Source of the DNA: Scenedesmus sp. PABB004
Lineage: Eukaryota
DNA: 64,000 nucleotides
Reading direction: 5' to 3'
Assembly: GCA_014905635.1 (NCBI GenBank)
Contig: CM026548.1
Span: 1,302,001-1,366,000 of the forward strand
How positions within the stretch are numbered: position 1 is the first letter of the stretch; every line of letters begins with the position of its first letter. A model generated the notes under the pieces. The model was not told where the DNA came from, made no database searches, and saw only the letters and a list, made by a program, of their open reading frames with translations. Position numbers and translations under genes: made by a program. This document shows positions 39,151-50,924 of this stretch, piece after piece.

Positions 39151-40658
39151 TCACATGCCGACGGCCAGCGCCGCCGCCGCGAGCGCCGTCAGCGCCGCCC
39201 AGGCCGGCGCCGCCGGCGCGCGCGCGGCGCTCGTCGCCGCGGCGGCGCCGGCCGCCGCCGCGGCGGCCGGGAGCGCCTCCGCGATGCGCGCGCCGCCGCC
39301 GCCCCTCGAGCCGCACACGCCGTCAAAGGCGACGCGCGCCCTGCCGACGCAGCGCGCCTCGCACGCCGACGAGTATGTCGTGCCGTCCGCGCCGCACACG
39401 GGCGCGTAGGTGTCCGGGCAGCCGCCCGCCGGGCAGTCGGCGGGCGCCGCGGGCGCGGGCTCGGCCGCGCGCGCCGGCGCGGGCGCCGCGGCCGCGGCGG
39501 CGGGCTTGGCCGCCGCCTCGGTCACCACAGTGGCGGGCACCGCGGCCGGCGCCGGCGCCGGCGCCGGCGCCGCGGCGGCGGGAGCCTCCGCCGCGCGGGG
39601 CTCGGCGGGCGCGGCCGCCGCGGGGGCCTCCGCCGCCGCGGCGGCGGGGGCGGCGGCGGCGTCCGCCGCGCCCGGGGGCAGCGGCCGGGCCGCACCGCGC
39701 GGACGCCCGCGCAACGGGCGGTGCACGTGTTGCTGTACGTCGCGCCATCGTCCGTGCTGCACACCGGCGCATAGACGGCGGGGCAGACGCAGCCCCCCGC
39801 GGCGGCCGCGGGGCTGGGCGGCGTCAGCGGCTCGGCCAAGGCCGCCGGCTGGGGCGCGGCCGCCCGCGCGGGCGCCTCCCCGGCCGGCGCGGCCGCCGGC
39901 GCCGGGGCGGGCTCTGAGGTGGCGGGCTCCGCGGCGGCGGGCTCCGCGGCGGCGGGCTCCGCGGCGGCGGGCTTGTCGTCTGCCGGCTTTGCCGCCGGCT
40001 GCGGCTGCGGCGTCGCCGGCTCTGCAGGCTGCGAGGGCTGCGGCTCCGCCTCCGCCGCAGGCCGCGCGGGCTGCGGCTCCGGCTCCAGCCCCGCAGGCCG
40101 CGCGGGCCGCGGCTCCGGCTCCACCGCCGCCGCCGGCTCCACCGCCGCCGCCGCTGCCGGCTCCTGCGCCGCCGCCGCGCCGGGCGCCGCCGCCGCGCCG
40201 GGCGCCGCCGCCACGTCGTCCTTGCACGCGCCGGCGCGCGCCACCTCGGCGCCGGCGCAGAGCGCGAGGCACTCGTTGTCAAACGTCTCACCGCGCGTCG
40301 AGCACACGGGGTTGACGTTGCGGTTGCACACCAGGCAGCCGAGCGGCACGTCGCCGCCGAGCGGCCGCGGCAGCGCCGCGCCGAGCGCGCCGCCGGGGAG
40401 GCCCACGCCTGCGGCGCGTGAGGGGGGGGGGGGGGCGGGGTGCGGCGGCCGCGCGCGTCGGTGCCGCCGCCGGTGGGAGCTGGAGCTGGCGGCAGCAGCA
40501 GCAGCAGCAGCGGCGGCGGGCGGCGGGCGGCCGCCGCGGCAGGCTGGCAGACCGCCGAGCGCGGCGGCATCGGTCTCGCCCAGTCCTCACGCACCGGCGG
40601 GCTGAGCGGCCGCCGCGGACAGCGCCAGGAGCGCGGAGAGCGCGAGGGCGAGCGCCAT
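39151..40658 (-). CDS. Secreted, probably GPI-anchored protein with three Kazal-type domains and Ala/Pro/Glu linkers; apparent 1-nt frameshift at ~39676
   Basis: Signal peptide MALALALSALLALSAAAA; CNRNVNPVCSTRGETFDNEC; CPAVYAPVCSTDDGATYSNTC; CPDTYAPVCGADGTTYSSAC; hydrophobic C-terminus WAALTALAAAALAVGM*. Confidence 0.8.
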
Positions 40659-40967
40659 GGAGAGAGAGTGGCGGGCGCGCTGCGCCAGGGGCGGCGGAGC
40701 TGGAGGCAGCGTGGCGCGCTGCCCGGATGATGATTGGAGGGCGCAAGCGCAGGCGCGATGGCGCCGGCGGGCGGTCGGGCAGTCGGGACCGCGCTGAGAC
40801 GCTGCTCCCGCACCCGCCCGCTGCCGCCCGCCGCTGGTTCTCCGTTGCCAGTGTCGCCGCACCGACACAGCGCGCAGCTGCAACCAGCCGGCAACACGCC
40901 GCCGCACGCCGCCGCCAGGCTGGCGCGCGCGCGCTGCTGCCGACCCCGCGCCCGCCGCCGCGCGGCG

Positions 40968-41524
40968 ATGGAGGCGCTGCCGCCCTGGCTGGCGCCGCTG
41001 GCGACGGCGCCGACGGCCTGGGAGCCGGGGCCGGGGCGGCCGCGCGTGGCGCTGAACGTGGCGCTCGACGGCTGCATCGTGCCGACGCTGTCGGGCGGCG
41101 CGCGCGTGGACTACGCGCACGTGGTGGTCCTGGACGGCCTGGTGGACGAGCCCACGCGCGCCGCGCTGCTCGCCGGCCTCACCGCGCCGGGCTGGGCGGG
41201 GCCGGCGCCGCCGGCGGCGCGCTGGGAGCGCGCGACCGCCGACGCGGCCGGCGGCGCGCGCGGCTGGGGCCTGCGCGGCGACGCGCTGTCGGCCTTTGCG
41301 GCGGGCGAGCTCGCGGGCGCGGCCAAGCTGGAGGTGCAGTCGCGCCTGGCCAAGCTGTACCCGGAGCTGATCATCGCCCACATGCCCTCGCACGCGATCC
41401 AGGCCGGCGCCGCGGCCGGCGGGCGCGGCGGGCGGCGCGGCAGCCCGCAGGCGGAGCAGCAGCAGCAGGAGCAGGAGCAGCAGCAGCAGCAGGAGCAGCA
41501 GCAGGAGCAGCAGGCAGGGCAGGC

Positions 41525-41583
<59 letters not shown>

Positions 41584-42191
41584 CGCAGCAGCAGCAGGAG
41601 CAGGAGCAGGCGCGGGAGCAGGCGCAGGAGCAGGAGCAGGGGCCGGGGCAGGGAGACGGCGGCGGCGCGCCCGCCGCCGGCGACTGCACGCCGTTCCTGG
41701 CCAACGCGGCGGTGCCGGGCGACGCGTTTGCGTGGCACGTCGACGCCGACCCCGCGGCGCTGCCGGCGCCGAGCCCCTGGGCCGACGCGTTTGGGGCCTA
41801 CCCCAACCGCGAGCCGGGGCGCCCCCGCTTTGTGTCGCTGCTGCTCTACCTCAACGCGGCGTGGCCGCTCGGTCACGACGCCGAGACGCTCTTCCTCGAT
41901 GGCGGCACCGACACGGGCGTCTTCGTGCGCCCAGCGCCCGGCCGGGCGGTGCTGCTCGACCAGGACGTCTGCCACCGGCTGTCGCCGCCGTCGGCGGCCG
42001 CGGCCGCGCCGCGCTACAGCCTCGTGTGGAAGCTCGTGCTGCTGCCGCGCGCCGGCGGCGCGCGCTGCTGCATCGCGCGGCCCGAGTGGGGCCGGCCGAC
42101 GTTCTTCGGCTCCGCGGCGCACGTGCAGCGCGCAGCCGCGGACGCGGCCGCGGCCGCGGGCGCCAAGCGCCGCGCGCCGGAGCCGCCATAG
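40968..42191 (+). CDS. 2OG-Fe(II) oxygenase (prolyl-4-hydroxylase-like fold), intronless, with Gln/Glu insert
   Basis: FAWHVDADP (HxD), FVSLLLYLN, ETLF, VRPAPGRAVLLDQDVCHRL (distal His), PRYSLVWK (RxS). Confidence 0.85.
41455..41640 (+). repeat. Coding CAG/CAGGAG repeat encoding a (QE)n/polyQ tract
   Basis: Visible gcaggagcaggag array, in frame within the oxygenase. Confidence 0.9.
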
Positions 42192-42913
42192 GGCGCGGCG
42201 GCGGGGGCGGCGGCCGAATTGCTGGGCAAGCTGAGTTGCCGCCCCTGGCTGCGTCGGCGCGCGCTGGCAACGCCGACCAGCGCGCTCGCCGCGGATGCGC
42301 GGCGCCGCCGGCAGCAGGTCGGGTGAGCTCCAGGCCGGCCGATGTCAGCTCCACGTCGGGCGATGCCAGGCTGCCGCGCGCGCAGGCCGAGGGCGGGCGG
42401 CGTGCGGCGCGCCAGCGCGGCGTGCCCCGGCCCGCGGCGGCTGCCGCCTCGCCGGCTGCGCGAGCTGCCCCAGACGTGCTGCGACAGCGGCGGGGACGCA
42501 CGCCCGCGCCCGCCACCACCAGCGGGGCCCACCGTTGCCGCGGTGGCGGGGGACCCGCTGAGCCCCGGCGTGCCCTCCCACGCTGCGCGGCCTCCCGGCT
42601 TCCCACCCTGCTCCCCGACCGGCACACAACCGCCCGGACCGCACAGCGCAGCAGCCGCGTCGGCAGCACCGCGCCCCCGTGCAGCACGCCTCCGCGCCCG
42701 CCGCAGCGCTCGGCCTCCGCGTCACGCGGTCAGTGCTCGGCCCGCCGGCTTTCAGGGCGCAATGCGGCGCGCCCGGGGCCAGTGAGGGCGCGGCAACGCC
42801 GAGGCGGCATCAGCAGCAGCAGCGCCCTGCTGCCGCACCCAGCCGGCCCGCCCGGGGCCCCGCGGCCCATGGGCAGCCCGCCACGCCCGTCCCGGCAGCA
42901 GGCGTAGGCCCGC

Positions 42914-45436
42914 ATGGCCGCGCAGCCCGCGGGCCAGATGGTGTCCTCCGCCGCGCGCCTCGCGGTGCGCGCCGCCGCGGCGTCGTCGCTCGGCCTCTCC
43001 CAGGGCATCCGCCTCGCCGACTGCCAGGCGCGCGAGGTGGTGGACGACATCTTCGCGCACGCCCTGAAGAAGCAGACGGGCGTGAGCCTCAAGTACATGC
43101 TCGATTTCGGGTCGAGCCCGATCGAGCGCCAGCTCGTGCTCTCCAGCCAGTTCCTCCACAAGGAGCTGCCCGTGCGCCTCGCGCACCGCGTCGCGGAGCT
43201 CGAAAACCTGCCCTACGGCCTCTCCAGCAAGGGCTCCATCCTCAAGGCGCGCGCGCGCGCGCGCGCGCGACGCGACCTGGGCGGCGGCGGCGGCGGCGGC
43301 GCGGCGGCGCGGCGGCAGCAGCGCGGCGGCGGCGGAGCGGCGGCGGCGAGCGGAGCGGCGGCTGCAACAGCAGGAGCAGAGGCAGAGGCAGCAGCAGCAG
43401 GCAGAGCAGCAGCAGCAGGCAGAGCAGCAGCAGCAGCAGGCGGTCGCTGGCCGCCGCCGGCTGCCCGCGCAGCCCGCCCATGCCCTGCCCGCCTCCACAC
43501 CCACCCACACCCACACCCACACCCACACACCCACACCCACACTCACCCACACATCAACACAACCCCGCCAGGTGCGTGACTGGTACGTGGAGTCGTTCAA
43601 GGAGCTGCGCGGCTTCCCGCTCATCCGCGACGCCTCGGACGAGATCAAGTTCACCGAGCTGCTGCGCCACATCTACCGCCGCCACGCCAACGTCGTCCCC
43701 GTCATGGCAAAGGTGGGCGCGTGGGTGTGAGGGGGGAGGAGCCGGGGCGGGACGGGGACAGTGGCGACGGGAGCGAGGGAGGGAGCGGGCCGGGGCGGCC
43801 GTCGCTTGGCGGCCGCCGCGTCGCCGCGCGTCGCCGCCCCACGCCGCGCCGCCGCCGCCCCGCGCCGCCGCCGCCGCGCGCCGCCGCCCTTGGCAGGGCG
43901 TGGCGGAGCTGAAGCGCGAGCTCAACGAGCGCGCGATGCTGACCGAGATGCCTGAGATCCACCAGTTCCTCGACGGCTTCTACCTCTCACGCATCGGCAT
44001 CCGCATCCTCATCGGTGACCTGCTGCTTTTTTAGCCCTGGCAGCGGCGGCGCGGCGCGGCGCGCGCGCGCGGCGGCGCGCGCGTGTGGTGGGGGGAGGGG
44101 CAGGCAGCGGCGGGCCCCTGCTGCGTGCGCCGACCGCGCCGCCGACCGCGCCGCCGCCGCCGCCGCGGCCGCAGGCCAGCACATCGCGCTGCACGAGCCG
44201 CCCAAGCAGAGCCACATCGGGCTCATCTGCACCAAGTGCTCGCCCTGGCAGGCGCGCGCGCGCGCCCGCGCCCGCGCGGCGCGCGCCCGCGCCCGCCCGC
44301 GCCGCGCTCCCTGCCTCCCCCCTCCCCCTTCCCCCCTTCCTCCCCCGCCGACGCCCGCCTGCCGCCGCGCCGCCGCCGCCCCCTCCTTCCGCCCCGCGCA
44401 GGTCGCGCAGGATGCGATCAACGACGCGCGCAGCATCTGCCTGCGCGAGTACGGCGCGTCGCCCGACGTTTCCATCTATGGCGACCCCGGCTTTGCCTTC
44501 CCCTACGTCCCCAGCCACCTGCACCACATGGTCTTTGAGCTCGTCAAGAACTCGCTCCGCGCCGTGCAGGACCGCTTCGAGGACGGCGACGACGAGCCGC
44601 CGCCGATCAGGCGCGCGCCGCGCCGCGCCGCGCGCCGCGCGCCGCGCCGCGCGCCGCGCCGGCGCGCGGCGCCCGGCGTCGCACGCCCGGCGCCCGCGCC
44701 CGCGCTCACGCGCTGCTGCCGCACCGCCGCGCCGCGCCGCGCTGCCGCGCAGGCTGGTGGTGGCGGAGGGCGGGGAGGACGTGACCATCAAGGCGCGGCG
44801 CGGCGCGGCGCGGCGGGGCTGCGACGGCGGCAGAGCAGCGGGGGCCCCCTTGCCCCTGCCCCGCCCGCTCCCGGCCCGCGCTCCGCCGGCCCCCCGCCCG
44901 ACCCAGCCCTGCTCACCCACCCCCGCGCCGCCGGTCGCTGGTCGCCGGTCGCAGGTGAGCGACGAGGGCGGCGGCATCCCGCGCAGCGGCCTCGCGCGCA
45001 TCTGGACCTACCTCTACTCCACCGCCAAGCAGCGCGTCGCGGTGGAGGAGCTGCAGGCGCGGCGCGCGGCGCGGTGCAGCGCGGCGCCCTCTCCCCCGCG
45101 CGCGCGCCCCTCTCCCTCGCCCGCGCGCCCCTCTCCCTCGCCCGCGCGCCCGCCTCGCACGCGCGCGCCCCCTCGCGCGCCCCGCCCCGCCCCGGCCCGC
45201 GTCTCAAAACCCCCGCCGCCGCCGCCGCCGCCGCCGCGCCGCGCATCGCCCCCGCCGCGCAGGACGACACCGACGGCCCCGCCGTGCTCGCGGGCTACGG
45301 CTACGGCCTGCCGGTGAGCCGCCTGTACGCGCGCTACTTTGGCGGCGACCTGCAGATCATCTCCATGGAGGGCTACGGCACCGACGCCTACCTGCACCTG
45401 AACCGCCTCGGCAACGTGCAGGAGCCGCTGCCCTAA
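42914..45436 (+). CDS. PDK: Mitochondrial pyruvate dehydrogenase kinase (8 exons)
   Basis: [140 protein letters not shown]. Confidence 0.97.
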
Positions 45437-46127
45437 GCCCCGGCCGCCCCGGCAGCGCGCGGGCGCCGCTGCCCTGAGCTGAGAGCCGGGGCGGGCCCAC
45501 GCCGCGCGCGCCCAAGCGAGTGCGCGCGCCGGCGCCGGCGGCGCGTGCGCCCTGGGTGTGTGCGCACGCGACCGGCTTGAGTGACTGCCGCCCCTGGCCG
45601 CGAGGGGCCGAGTGGAAGCGTGCGGCGGCGGCGCGCCCTTGCCGCGGGCCGGCAAGCGGCCGGCCGCCGACGGGGTGCAGCGGCAGCAGCGCCCCGAGTA
45701 CATACCGTGGCGGCCCTCTGCGCGTCTCACTGCTTTGCTCTGTTATGCCCTTGCGCGCGTGCGCGCCCGGGGGCAGCGGGCGCGGCGCGGCGCCGCGGCC
45801 GCCCGCTGCCGCCGGGCGCGCGCGCGCGCGGGCGCTGCGGCCGCCGCGCCGCGCGCGCCCACGCGCGCTGTACACAAGCACGGCTTTTGGGGGCGCCGAG
45901 CGGGGGCGGGGTTCCCGGGGCAGGGGTGGGGCAGGGGGGGGGGTCGCAGCGGCGAGAGAGGGCTGCGGAAGAGTACGCTTAAGCACGCGGCTTACTGCGG
46001 TAAACGGCTCACGAGGGCACAGCCGAGCGCGCGGCCGAGCAGCCCCGCTCAGCTCAGCCCAGCTCGGCGGCCGCGCAAGCGGCTCGGCGCAGCTCAGAGG
46101 GAGCTCAGCAGCAGCGCCGCTCGGCGC

Positions 46128-46525
46128 TCAGAGCTCCGCGTCGTCGTAGTCGTCCGGCGCCAGCTCCTCCGCCGTCTTGCCGCCGCGCGCGCGCAGCAGC
46201 GCGATCGTGCCCTCGTTGCCCGACCGCAGCGCCGCGTCCAGCGGCGTCTGCCCGTTGCCGAGCTCGTTCACCGGCACCTGGGCAGCGCGGCGCGGCGAGG
46301 CGCGGTGGCGGCGGCCGGCGTCGGGGCGCGCGCCCGCGCGGACGCGCGGCCGCCCGCCCCCGTGCGCGGCGCGCCGCCGTGCGCACCTTGCCCTGCTCCA
46401 GCAGCACGCGCACGGTCTCGGTGTGCCGCGGCTCGCGGCCCCAGCACGCGCGGTGCACCGGCGCGTAGCCGTCCTGCGAGCGCCGCGCGCCGCGGCGCGT
46501 CAGCCCTGCCGCCGCGCGCTGCTGT

Positions 46526-46581
<56 letters not shown>

Positions 46582-47057
46582 GCGCCTGGTGCCGCTCGCG
46601 CGGGTCCAGCCCCGCCGCGATGAGCAGCGCCGCCGCCTCGGCGCGCCCCTGGAAGCCCGCGCCGTGCAGCGGCGTGTAACCGTCCTGCTCGCCGAGCGAC
46701 AAGTCCAGCGCGGCGCGGTGCTCGCTGAGCAGCAGCCTGCGGCGCGGCGGCCGCGCTCGGGTGCGGCGCGCGCGGCGCGCGGCCGGGAGCCGGCGACCCT
46801 CCCCCCGCTCACCGCACGACGTCCGTGCTGCCGGAGAGCGTGGCGGCCATGATCGGCGTCTGCCCGCCGCCGCCGCGGGCGTTGAGGTCGGCGCCGTCCG
46901 CGATCGCGTCGGCCGCCGCGGCCGCGTCGTTGGCGCGCGCGGCCGCCTCGAGCCGCGCTGTCGCGTCAGCGGCGGCCGCTGCCGCTGCCGGGGCGGCCGG
47001 TGACAGCGCCGCCGCCGCCACCAGCAGCAAGACCAGCGCCGCCGGCCGCCGCCGCAT
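46128..47057 (-). CDS. Ankyrin-repeat protein with signal peptide and C-terminal DAEL (4 exons)
   Basis: MRRRPAALVLLLVAAAALS; GQTPIMAA, GYTPLHGA, GYAPVHRA, GQTPLDAA; ends PDDYDDAEL*. Confidence 0.8.
46525..46580. repeat. Intronic (GCC)n microsatellite
   Basis: Visible run. Confidence 0.9.
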
Positions 47058-47399
47058 CGCGCCGGCAGCAGCTCTGCGCGGTCGGCGGGCGACAGCGGCG
47101 CGCAGCGGCGCGCGGCAGCGCGCGGCGGTGGGGGGGGGGGGCGCTGCGATCGGCGCCGGCAGCAAGCACATGTGAGGGGGGGAGCTCTGCGGGGGCCGCC
47201 CGTGCCAGCAGCGCAAGCAGAACCGGGCCGAGAACCGCGAGGGTCTGGGCTGGGCTCGCATGCGCACCAGCGCGCGCGGTACTCACGAGCGCGCGGGGAG
47301 TCGTCGCTGGTCCGGCAGTTCCGCGAGTTCAGTCAGCCTCTGTCTTCGCGCCCGCGCCCCGTCCGCGCCCGCCTGCCGTCGCATCAGCGTCCAGCAAAG

Positions 47400-48485
47400 A
47401 TGCGCGCACTCCCGGGGCGCGCACAGCTCGCGGCCGCGCTGCTGCTAGCGCTGGCCGTGGCCGGCGCGGCGGCGGGGAAGTCGGGCTCGCGCTCGACCTT
47501 CAGCAGTGCCGTCGCCGCGTTCAGCGGGCGGCCCAGCACCAGCAGCTACGGCGCGCGGCCGCCGACGTCTGGTGGCTTCTTTGGCTCCACCCGCCCTCCC
47601 ACGACCTACGGCGCCCCCTACAGGCGCGCATCAGGCCAGCATGGAGGCCTCGCCGATCTGCCGCGCACCCGCAGCGCGGCGGCGCGCGGCGGCGACTCGG
47701 CGGCAGCAGCAGCAGCGGCAGCAGCGGCGGCAGCGACGCGGCACCGCGCACGGCCCAGCCGCGGCGCGACGCCACACGCGCGCCCCGACCCTCACCCCCT
47801 TCCATCCCGGCCGGACTTGACCGCCGCGCTCCGCCGCCGCCGCCGCAGGCCGCCGACGGGCGCGATGGGCATGGGCGCGATGGGCGGCGCCATGGGCGGC
47901 ATGGGCGCCGCGGCCGGGCGCTTCGGCGGGGCCAAGCCCTTCTCGTACGGCCGCCCGGGCTTCAAGTCCTCCCGCATCGCCGTCCCGCTCGCCGCCGGCG
48001 CGCTCGCGGGCGGCGCGTTGTACGCGCTGTCGTCGAGCTCCAGCGCCTACTGCAACGGCTTCTCGGTGCAGTGCTACAAGGCCGCGTGCGCCAACGCGCT
48101 CGCGCAGTGCGACGCCACGCGCGCGACGGCCCTCGTGACCGCGCGCTGCCCCGACTCGCGCTTCAGGCGCGCGCCGCCGGGCGCCGCTGCCGCGCCGCCG
48201 CCGGCTGGGCGCGCGCGCGACGTCGGGCGCGCGCGCGCGCGCGCGCCGCCGCTCCGCCGCCGCGCCGGCCGACCCGCCCGCGCGCGCGCCGCAGCGAGTG
48301 CTGGGCGACGAGCGACCGCGGCTTTGAGTGCTTCGGCCGCCGCCGCCCGGCCTACGGCGGCGAGGACATCGCCGCCTATTGCAACGCGCCCCAGCCCGGC
48401 AGCCAGCAGCTCGGCCAGCCCAGCAGCTTTGTGCCGGGCAAGGAGCCGGGGCTCGGCAACGGCATGCAGGCGCGGCGGCGGCTGC

Positions 48486-48527
<42 letters not shown>

Positions 48528-48785
48528 AGCTGCGGCGCCGCGGCGCGGCGGCTCGCTGACAGTGCGCCCGCCCGGCCGCCCGCCCGCCAGGTCACCCTCA
48601 TGCCCGGCGCCGTGAGCGGCGGCAGCGCGGCGCCGCCGCTGCGCACGGTGAGGCGGGCGGCTCGTCTGTCGGGGCGCTGCTGCGAGCCCGCGCGCGCCGC
48701 CGCCGCCTCACGCGCGCGCCCGCCCCGCTTGCCGCAGGCGCTCGCGCTCGCGATGGCGCTGGCGGCGGCCGCGGCGCTGCTGTGA
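47400..48785 (+). CDS. Secreted Gly-rich/Cys-rich cell-surface protein with probable GPI signal, function unknown (5 exons)
   Basis: Signal peptide; Gly/Ser/Arg/Met-rich region; hydrophobic IAVPLAAGALAGGALYAL; 8-Cys domain; terminal ALALAMALAAAAALL*. Confidence 0.65.
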
Positions 48786-49305
48786 GCGGCGGCGGCGTGG
48801 CCGAGCGCGCGGCGCGGCGCGCCGGCAGCAGCGGTGTATGTATCGAAGGGCGTTGCATTCATCCTCGCTTCGTGGGCGGGGCACTGGACTCGATCCAGCG
48901 ACTTCTGCGCTGGACTTGACCGCGGCCGCGCGCCGCGCTGACCGACGGACGACGACAAACCCGGGCGCGTGGGCGGCGGCGGGTCCTGTGCGGCGCCGGG
49001 GCCGACTTGGCGACGACGCGCGGGGCCGGGGTTGGGGCGTCGGGGGCTATAAATCAATGCGCGCGTTGCAGCACTCGCTCCGCGCAGCCTCGCGGCGGGG
49101 CCAGCCGCCGCCGGGGCGCCTAGGCGGCCGTCGCTCGCAGGCCGAAAAAGGGTGCAGCAGCCTACCGCCTAGCAGGCGGCCGAGCCGGCTGCAGCGGCGC
49201 GCCCAACGAACGAAGGTCCCCCCCTCGCACGCCCCTGCTGCTTGTGGTACACACGTCGCCCGCCCGCCCGCTGCTCTCCGCCGCTCTCCGCCGGCCTCGC
49301 GCCCG

Positions 49306-50284
49306 CTACCGCCCTTGGCTCGTGACCTGCCGCGGCGCCTGCTGCGGCGCCTGCTGCGGCGCCTGCTGCTGGCTCCGCACCTCCGTCGCGACCACGTCCA
49401 CCACCGCGCCCGCGCCGGCGGGGTCGCCCAGCGCCGCCTCGAGCAGGTCCAGCGCGCGGCTGACGTCCGGGTGGGCGCCCCAGCGCGCGAGCCCCGCGCC
49501 GGGGTCGGCGCTGATCGCCGCCAGCGCGCCGCGCACGGTCGGGTCGGCCAGCAGCGCCTGCAGCTCCGCGTCGCCCGACATCGCCGCCAGGACCGCGCCG
49601 GGCGTCGTGCCCGCCTCGGCAAACGCGGCGGCCGCCGCCGGCGGCAGCTGCTCGCGCCCCAGCAGCCGCTCCAGCACGCGCATCACCTGCGGCGGCGGCC
49701 GCCGCCGCGTCGGCGGCCCCCGCGCCGCGCCGTTAACCGAGCGCACGCGCCGCTGACCGAGCGCGCGCGCCGCGCCGCGCCGCGCCTTGGGGTCGCCCGC
49801 GTGCCGCGCGAGCGCGCCCGGGTCGGCCGCGACCTCGCGGATCGCGGCGGCGAGGGCGGGGTCGTCCAGCAGCGGCGCGAGCGCGGGGTCGGCGCGCAGC
49901 TCCGCGACCATGCCCCTGCGGCGCGGCGCGGCGCGGCGCGGCCGAGCGTCGCGCACGCTGGGCCGCGCGAGCGGGCGCCCGCGCCGGCGGCGGCAGCGGC
50001 GACAGCACGACTGCATCGCGGGCGCTCACTGCAGCTGCGCCGTGGCAAACTCGGCGTCGCGCGGGAAAGTCGCGATGCGGCGCCCCGGCCGCTGTGCGTG
50101 CGCCGGCCGCTGCGCCGGCGCGCGTGCCGGCTGCGCCACCGCAGTGCGCTGCGGCCTGCGCGGTGCAGGAGGGGGGGGGGGCGGGCCAGGAAGGTCGGGC
50201 GGTGGGCGCCCGGGCGGCGGGCGGCCAGGCGGCGGCGCTGCGCGGCCCGTTGTCGAGCGGCGCGCGGCGCCGGCACCTGGACAT
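49306..50284 (-). CDS. STI1/HOP-DP-domain protein, possibly organelle-targeted; alternative ATG at 50308
   Basis: Two DP modules: LRADPALAPLLDDPALAAAIREVAADPGALARHAGDPK|VMRVL and MSGDAELQALLADPTVRGALAAISADPGAGLARWGAHPDVSRAL. Confidence 0.7.
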
Positions 50285-50924
50285 CGTGCCGTGACGCGAA
50301 AGCCGCATGGCTGGAGCCGATGCACGGGGCGGGCTGGCCGCTGCGGCTGCCGCTCGCGGCAGCGACGGCGGCGGCAGCGACGGCCGCGGCGACGGCGGCG
50401 TCGGCGGCGGCGGCGCGTGGTGGTGCGTGGGTGCGTGGGCGTGTTGCCACGCAGTGCTTGAGCCGGGCGCGATGCCCCTGGCCTGCAGACGCTCGAGCCG
50501 CGGCGGCACGACGCTCGTGACGCCACGCTGCGGCGCGGCCCACAACGCGCGTCCCCCCCTCACGCCCACGCCGACACCGCGCTGGGTGCCACGCCACAGC
50601 CACGCGCCCGACCCGCGCGATCCAGCTGCGCTCGCGAGCACGCGCCCGCCGCCGCTGCGCCGCCACGGTGCGAGCTGGCGCCAGCACGATCGCGGACGGC
50701 GCGCGGCGCGGACGCGAGCAGGCGCCAGCACCAGCGCGGGCGGCGCGCGCGTGGATGCGGCGGCGCGTCGGCGGCGCGGCGCGGCGCGGCGCTCCGCTGC
50801 GCTCGCTGCTGCGCCCGACGCACGCGCCGCCGCCGCCGCCGCCGCCGCTGCCCGCAGGGGCTCAGCTCCCCCTGCCTCCCTCCGGCCCAGAGGCACCATC
50901 TGGCCGGCCGCCGCGGTCGCCGCG

